A stretch of 29,270 nt of DNA from a virus. Its lineage: Duplodnaviria; Caudoviricetes. A model generated the notes under the pieces. That model worked only from the letters and a program-made list of their open reading frames with translations, was not told where the DNA came from and searched no databases. The stretch lies in IMG/VR virus record IMGVR_UViG_3300033067_002027, positions 1-29,270 of that record. The stretch is one strand, 5' to 3'. This document shows positions 24,066 through 29,270 of this stretch, one piece after another. Each line of letters starts with the position of its first letter. Positions within the stretch are counted from its first letter, which is position 1. Position numbers and translations under genes: made by a program.

Positions 24066-26720
24066 ATGTCCGTACGATTCGATGCCGTTGGCGACCAGCT
24101 CAAACTGAGTGCAAACCTGCTTGACTACAAGCAGCCATATACCCTTTGCTTTTGGTATATGTGGATGCAGACCAATGGCACGTCGATGGACCTGATCCAT
24201 TTACACGACAGCACAAACGGCCAATGGGATGCGATTTGGCATAGCACAACAACATCGATCCGCTGTGGCATGAATACCACCTACGGGGCAAACTATTTAA
24301 TCAGCCTCAATACGTGGTATCACCTCGCCTTGGTCCGATCGAGCGACACTCAGCTCGATTTGTATGTCAATGGGGTGGTCGCATCCTCGTCGACGCATAG
24401 CTCGGTCTCCGGTCGCAACGCTATCTCCGAGATCGGCATGGGCACGCCGTATGGGGTGACGTGGTGGGATAACGCCCGCATCGCTCACATGAAGGCCTGG
24501 GGCGCAGCGCTGAGCGTTGATGAAATCATTGCCGAATCACAGGTGGGCAGGCCTGCGCGCCAGGCAAATCTATATGCCTGGTGGCCGCTTTATAGCGATA
24601 CTACCGATGCGCTGCTGGATTACTCAGGCAACGCGCACGCATTGACGGCGGCTGGTTCGATCTCCATTGAGGACAACCCGCCAGTTGCATGGGGGCAGCG
24701 TGTTTGGGCAATCCCCCACGTTAGTACGACGCAGACCATCACGCCGGCGGGAATTGCTTCAACATCGGTTCTCGGCGGCCACGCCCTTTCGGTATCCATT
24801 GCGCCCTCGGGAATTGCATCAACCAGCGCATTTGGGTCTCAGAAGATATCGACAGCCATCGCGCCGACGGGGATTGCATCGACAAGTGCACTGGGTACGC
24901 ATGCACTTACAACTACCATTACTCCGTCCGGCATCGCTTCGACCTCGGCGCTAGGCTCCCATACTCTTGCGACGACAGTTGCGCCCTCGGGAATTGCATC
25001 AACCAGCGCCCTAGGCGGCCACGTATTGAGCCTTGCTATTACGCCCAGCGGCATCGCTTCGACATCGGCTCTGGGCTCGCACACCGTCTCATTCACAGGC
25101 GTTATCGCCCCATCCGGCATCGCGTCGACATCTGCGCTCGGCTCGCATGCCGTCGCTTTCACCGGGGTTGTTGCACCGAGTGGAATCGCCTCAACATCCG
25201 CGCTTGGTTCACACACGATCACATTCAATGCGGTTATCACCCCAAGTGGCGTCGCCAGCACGAGCGCACTCGGCAGTCACACTGTTGCATTTGATGGCGT
25301 CCTTTCACCAAGCGGCATCGCGTCAACATCGGCGCTAGGTTCGCACACGGTTGCGTTTGCCGGAGTCGTTGCCCCATCGGGCATTGCATCCACATCGGCC
25401 TTTGGCACACACCTACTCAGCACGCAAACCACCGTCGCGCCGCCAGGGATAGCAAGCAGCGGCGCTTTGGGTTCACACGCGCTCAGTGTCACTGTTGCGC
25501 CAAGTGGTATCGGCTCGGCCTCGGCACTTGGCGTGCATACGCTGGCAACGTTAGTCAGCCCAGCTGGGATCGCATCGACGAGCGCCCTGGGAAGTCACAC
25601 GGTTGCGTTTGTTGGCGTGATCACCCCCAGCGGCATCGCCTCAACGTCTGCGCTGGGTAGCCACGCATTGAGTTTGGCAATCGCGATCAGCGGCCTTGCT
25701 TCAGGGTCCACCCTGGGCACGCACACGCTTGCCCTTGCCATCGCACCATCGGGGATAGGATCAGCCAGCGCCTACGGTGCGTATGCGCTATCGATCGTAA
25801 TATCGCCCAGCGGCATTGCCTCGGCGTCTGTTCTGGGCAGCCATACGGTGCTAGGCGAGCGCACCATAGCCCCGACGGGGATTGCATCAACATCGGCATT
25901 TGGTGGCCACACACTCAGCGTCACGGTTCAGCCGACCGGCATTGCGTCAGCGTCTACCCTCGGCTCGCACACAATCAGTGTCGGCATTTCCCCAAGTGGC
26001 ATAGCGTCTACCAGTGCACTTGGCTCGCACCTTGTTAGCACGGCGGCGATCATTGCGCCGAGTGGGATCCCAAGCGGATCAGCGCTGGGCGGTCACACCA
26101 TTGGCGTTTCTATTGTGCCGAGTAGTATCGCATCAGCAAGCGCCTACGGATCGCATACGCTGACGACGGTGAAAACCATCGCGCTGAGTGGAATTCCCTC
26201 GACCAGTGCGTTCGGATCACACGCGCTCACCTATGTTCCGGTGGTTGCCCCCAGTGGCATCAGTTCGGCGAGCGCACTTGGCGCGCATAGGCTGGATGTC
26301 AGCATCATCGTGGGCGGGCTTGCGTCTGCATCGGCTCTCGGCGGTCACAGTGTCACCACAGCAATCACCGTCGCACCGCCGGGAATAGGAAGTAGCAGCA
26401 CGTTTGGTTCACAACGCGTCAGTGTCGCCATTAACTTGGCGGGCATCGCTTCGGCATCGGCGCTGGGATCGCATGCGCTTGCGAGCACGATCCATCTGAG
26501 TGGGATTGCGAGCCTGAGCGCGCTTGGTGTGCCAGCGCTGAGCATCGCCCTGAATCAGATTCCAGATAGCGCGACCATCACGCAAGTGTTTGTGGCCGCA
26601 GCACTAACCCATACCTATCCTGTGGCTACGCTGTCACAGGTTTATTCAATAGCAACCATCACCGCATCCAATGCGCGTGTTGTTTCAGGAGATTGTCATG
26701 AGTGCAATTGCTGCAACTAG
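24066..26720 (+). CDS. fibre/adhesin protein: N-terminal LamG/concanavalin A-like domain plus 29 tandem 20-22-aa repeats
   Basis: NTWYHLALVR...LYVNGV...ALSVDEI LamG pattern; repeat consensus (T/V)IAPSGIASTSALGSH(T/A)(L/V). Confidence 0.82.
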   Translation: MSVRFDAVGDQLKLSANLLDYKQPYTLCFWYMWMQTNGTSMDLIHLHDSTNGQWDAIWHSTTTSIRCGMNTTYGANYLISLNTWYHLALVRSSDTQLDLYVNGVVASSSTHSSVSGRNAISEIGMGTPYGVTWWDNARIAHMKAWGAALSVDEIIAESQVGRPARQANLYAWWPLYSDTTDALLDYSGNAHALTAAGSISIEDNPPVAWGQRVWAIPHVSTTQTITPAGIASTSVLGGHALSVSIAPSGIASTSAFGSQKISTAIAPTGIASTSALGTHALTTTITPSGIASTSALGSHTLATTVAPSGIASTSALGGHVLSLAITPSGIASTSALGSHTVSFTGVIAPSGIASTSALGSHAVAFTGVVAPSGIASTSALGSHTITFNAVITPSGVASTSALGSHTVAFDGVLSPSGIASTSALGSHTVAFAGVVAPSGIASTSAFGTHLLSTQTTVAPPGIASSGALGSHALSVTVAPSGIGSASALGVHTLATLVSPAGIASTSALGSHTVAFVGVITPSGIASTSALGSHALSLAIAISGLASGSTLGTHTLALAIAPSGIGSASAYGAYALSIVISPSGIASASVLGSHTVLGERTIAPTGIASTSAFGGHTLSVTVQPTGIASASTLGSHTISVGISPSGIASTSALGSHLVSTAAIIAPSGIPSGSALGGHTIGVSIVPSSIASASAYGSHTLTTVKTIALSGIPSTSAFGSHALTYVPVVAPSGISSASALGAHRLDVSIIVGGLASASALGGHSVTTAITVAPPGIGSSSTFGSQRVSVAINLAGIASASALGSHALASTIHLSGIASLSALGVPALSIALNQIPDSATITQVFVAAALTHTYPVATLSQVYSIATITASNARVVSGDCHECNCCN
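24735..26546 (+). repeat. coding tandem repeat, 29 units of 60 or 66 bp
   Basis: Counted from the translation; synonymous codons vary between units. Confidence 0.85.
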
Positions 26721-27057
26721 CCTAGAGATGATTCGTGGAGACACAGCGCTAATCAATGGCGCGGTCAAAACCGGTTCGTCCGTATTTGACCTATCGGGCG
26801 CAACGGTGAAATTTACGGCTCGCCAAAATATCAACGATGTTATGCCGCTGTTTCAAAAAACAACCGGTGGCAGTGGAATCACTGTCACCAATGCCGCGCA
26901 GGGTGAACTCACGATTGAGATTGCCCCAGCCGACACCGCATCGCTCACCAATGAATCCAGTCTGTTTGTTTGGGATCTGGAGGTGACGCGTGGCGGGCAG
27001 GTGTTCACGGTGGCGCACGGCGATCTGCGCGTGACGCTGGATGTGACTCGATCCTGA
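26698..27057 (+). CDS. BppU N-terminal-like (baseplate upper/adaptor) protein
   Basis: IRGDT...DLSGATVKFTAR...GITVTNAAQGELTIEIAPADT...WDLEV pattern; ATG 26698 with AGGAG RBS. Confidence 0.7.
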   Translation: MSAIAATSLEMIRGDTALINGAVKTGSSVFDLSGATVKFTARQNINDVMPLFQKTTGGSGITVTNAAQGELTIEIAPADTASLTNESSLFVWDLEVTRGGQVFTVAHGDLRVTLDVTRS

Positions 27058-27059
27058 CC

Positions 27060-28499
27060 ATGCTGCAAACCAGACCGGCATCGACCGCGCCCCTCGGCGC
27101 ATTGGCCAAGCTCCTCAGCCAGAGCGAGATCAATCAGCTCATGGCCGAGGTGCTCGATGCCGCACGCGAGCGTGTGCGCGCCAAGAGTTTGCCGCTGATC
27201 GAGTTGGACTTTCGCGGCGGATCCTCGCAGCTCCTCGCCAGCATCGCCGGTGAGGCCATGCTGTCAGGCCCAGCCGAGACTGGCAAGACGATTGGCTCAC
27301 TGGTCAAGCTGCACAACTTGGCCACCCAATATCCCAACTCGCAGTGGGCCATCATGCGCAAGACCTACGCTTCGACGGTGGCCTCGGTGGTGCAGTCGTT
27401 CAAGCGCAAGGTGCTGACGCTGGCTGGCTTTGAGGTCGAGCCATACGGCGGCGAGCGGCCTCAATGGTTTGACTACCCCAATGGCTCACGGATCTGGGTC
27501 GGCGGGATGGATAACCCGAGCAAGGTATTGAGCCAAGAGCTGGATGGTGTCTACGTCAACCAGTGCGAGGAGCTCGAGCTCGAAGACTGGGAAACGCTCA
27601 GCACCCGCACCACCGGTCGCGCCGGCAACGTGCCCTATCCGCAACTGTGGGGGGATTGCAACCCTGGCCCGCCGACGCACTGGATATTGCAGCGGCGCAA
27701 TGAAAAGAAGTTGGCGTTTTTTGAGTCACGGCATGAAGACAACCCGTCGCTCTTCCTCAAAGATGGCACGATCACAGAGCAGGGCAAGCGCACCCTGGAG
27801 AAGCTCGGCAACCTCACCGGTGTGCGTCTGCAGCGGCTACGCTTCGGCAAATGGGTGCAGGCCGAGGGCACGGTGTACGAGGGCTACGATGCAGCAGTCC
27901 ATCTCATTGATCGCTTCGAGATTCCTGGCGATTGGCCGCGCTACCGAGTCATCGACTTTGGCTATGTGAATCCCTTTGTGTGCCAGTGGTGGGCGGCGGA
28001 CCATGATGGCCGACTGTATCGCTACCGCGAGATCTACATGACTAAGCGCACGGTGGCCACCCATGCCCAGCTGATCAACTCGCTGAGCTCGGGCGAGAGC
28101 TATGTCGCCACCATTGCCGATCACGATGCCGAGGACCGCGCAACGCTCGCAGAGAACGGCATTCACACCACGCCGGCGGATAAAGATATCAGCACAGGCA
28201 TTCAATCTGTCGCCGATCGGCTGAAAACCCAAGGCGACGGCAAGGCGCGGCTCTTCTTCCTGCGCGACGCGCTCGTCGAGGCGGATCCCGAATTGATCGA
28301 GGCGCGCAAGCCCACCTGCACTGAGCACGAGATGGATGTGTATGTGTGGCCCAAGGCCAGCGATGGCAAGGCGGTCAAAGAGACGCCGGTCAAGGAATAC
28401 GACCACGGCATGGACTCGATGCGTTATCTCGTCAAGCACGTGGATGGCGGGCGCGGTGATGGTTATGGCTACAACCCACTCATTGGTTACCGTGGATGA
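27060..28499 (+). CDS. terL: terminase large subunit
   Basis: Walker A SGPAETGKT; IMRKTY; variant Walker B VYVNQCEE; DCNP; nuclease domain IDFGYVNP, YREIY, DHGMDSMRY. Confidence 0.93.
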   Translation: MLQTRPASTAPLGALAKLLSQSEINQLMAEVLDAARERVRAKSLPLIELDFRGGSSQLLASIAGEAMLSGPAETGKTIGSLVKLHNLATQYPNSQWAIMRKTYASTVASVVQSFKRKVLTLAGFEVEPYGGERPQWFDYPNGSRIWVGGMDNPSKVLSQELDGVYVNQCEELELEDWETLSTRTTGRAGNVPYPQLWGDCNPGPPTHWILQRRNEKKLAFFESRHEDNPSLFLKDGTITEQGKRTLEKLGNLTGVRLQRLRFGKWVQAEGTVYEGYDAAVHLIDRFEIPGDWPRYRVIDFGYVNPFVCQWWAADHDGRLYRYREIYMTKRTVATHAQLINSLSSGESYVATIADHDAEDRATLAENGIHTTPADKDISTGIQSVADRLKTQGDGKARLFFLRDALVEADPELIEARKPTCTEHEMDVYVWPKASDGKAVKETPVKEYDHGMDSMRYLVKHVDGGRGDGYGYNPLIGYRG

Positions 28500-28527
28500 C
28501 CACGAATAACCACTGAGCAATACAAAC

Positions 28528-29270
28528 ATGGCAACGTTTTGGAGCAGACTTATGGCAGGATTTACAAGCGGCGTGCGCGGCTTTCGTGAGGGCTATCTTG
28601 CGACCAATGTGCGCGAGGGCGAGGATTGGGAATCGTGGGATGGGCGGCGATCGCGCTACGCCATTCTGCGGAGTTATTTCGAAAACACCGCCTATCGCAA
28701 CATCCACTCGTGGGCACCGGCATACAAGGCGCAATACGGGCTTTACCGCTACACCCGCAACATCTACAACCCGTCTCACCGGCTGGGCAAGTTCTATCGC
28801 ACGCGCCTCATGGGTGGCAAGCTTGACCCGGCGGCGGGTGATGGCAAGGCTGTGCCGTCGGCGCTGCCAATCGTGACTGACCGCGAGGAAATCCGCACGG
28901 CCATCGCCGCACTGTGGCGGGCAAGTGCGTGGCAGGTCAACAAGAGCATCTACACATTGCACGGTCCGGTGCTCGGGGATGTGGGATTGCAGGTGATTGA
29001 TGACCCCGTGCGTGAGCGTGTCTATCTCAAGATATTGGACCCCGAAATCATCAAATCATTGACCCTTGATGAATTTGGCAACGTCAAGGGCTACGAGCTC
29101 GAGGAATGGCGCGATAACCCGGAGCGGCCCGAGCGAGAGGGGCAGGCCGACAATGATGTGCGCTATGGCGAGATTGCCGTGCGCGATGGGGGGAATGTCA
29201 AATACACCACGCTGCTCAACGGCAAGCCTTACCCATGGGACGGTGAGCAGGCCGAATGGACCGTGCCATA
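28528..29270 (+). CDS. putative portal protein (partial, runs off the window)
   Basis: Frame from ATG 28528 (MATFWSRLMAG...RNIYNPSHRL...) appears open to the window end; lies directly after terL. Confidence 0.7.
   Translation, partial: MATFWSRLMAGFTSGVRGFREGYLATNVREGEDWESWDGRRSRYAILRSYFENTAYRNIHSWAPAYKAQYGLYRYTRNIYNPSHRLGKFYRTRLMGGKLDPAAGDGKAVPSALPIVTDREEIRTAIAALWRASAWQVNKSIYTLHGPVLGDVGLQVIDDPVRERVYLKILDPEIIKSLTLDEFGNVKGYELEEWRDNPERPEREGQADNDVRYGEIAVRDGGNVKYTTLLNGKPYPWDGEQAEWTVP

Noticed and set aside
24735-26546. Fibre repeats as a diversity-generating retroelement VR/TR pair
   Set aside because: Variation is mostly synonymous and not adenine-specific; no reverse transcriptase in the window
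26698-26720. Cys-rich C-terminus (CHECNCCN) of the fibre as a metal site
   Set aside because: It coincides with the RBS and first codons of the next gene, so it is probably a by-product of the overlap
27837-28962. Minus-strand and short plus-strand ORFs over terL and portal
   Set aside because: Shadow frames of well-supported genes

Overview
Roughly 29 kb of a temperate tailed phage, or plasmid-like prophage, probably infecting Chloroflexota (inferred from Pro/Thr-rich surface proteins with '(Y/H)LPV' motifs). Left arm (1-14.6 kb, minus strand, early genes): an RHH Cro-analogue under a consensus sigma70 promoter, VRR-NUC nuclease, a replication initiator containing an iteron origin, a ParB-like protein with a Cys-rich tail, a multi-HTH protein, a LexA-type HTH, a ParM-like actin with a ParR-like partner, three membrane proteins, an 8-bp tandem repeat plus nested palindrome, a RuvB-like AAA+ ATPase and an ASCH protein. 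Centre (14.7-18.2 kb): XRE repressor, HsdR-N-domain protein, membrane/TM2 accessory genes and a LuxR-type HTH. Right arm (plus strand, late genes): holin-like and membrane proteins, terS, a separately punctuated fibre module (LamG head plus 29 repeats, BppU-like protein) lying between terS and terL, then terL and the start of the portal gene. No integrase, endolysin, tRNA or CRISPR array was recognised in the window. The most notable candidates are (i) the ParM/ParR-membrane proteins-8-bp array-RuvB-like locus, (ii) a putative ~85-nt RNA complementary to the repressor start, and (iii) two matching promoter-leader-terminator modules in the late region. All calls come from reading motifs by eye; no searches were run.
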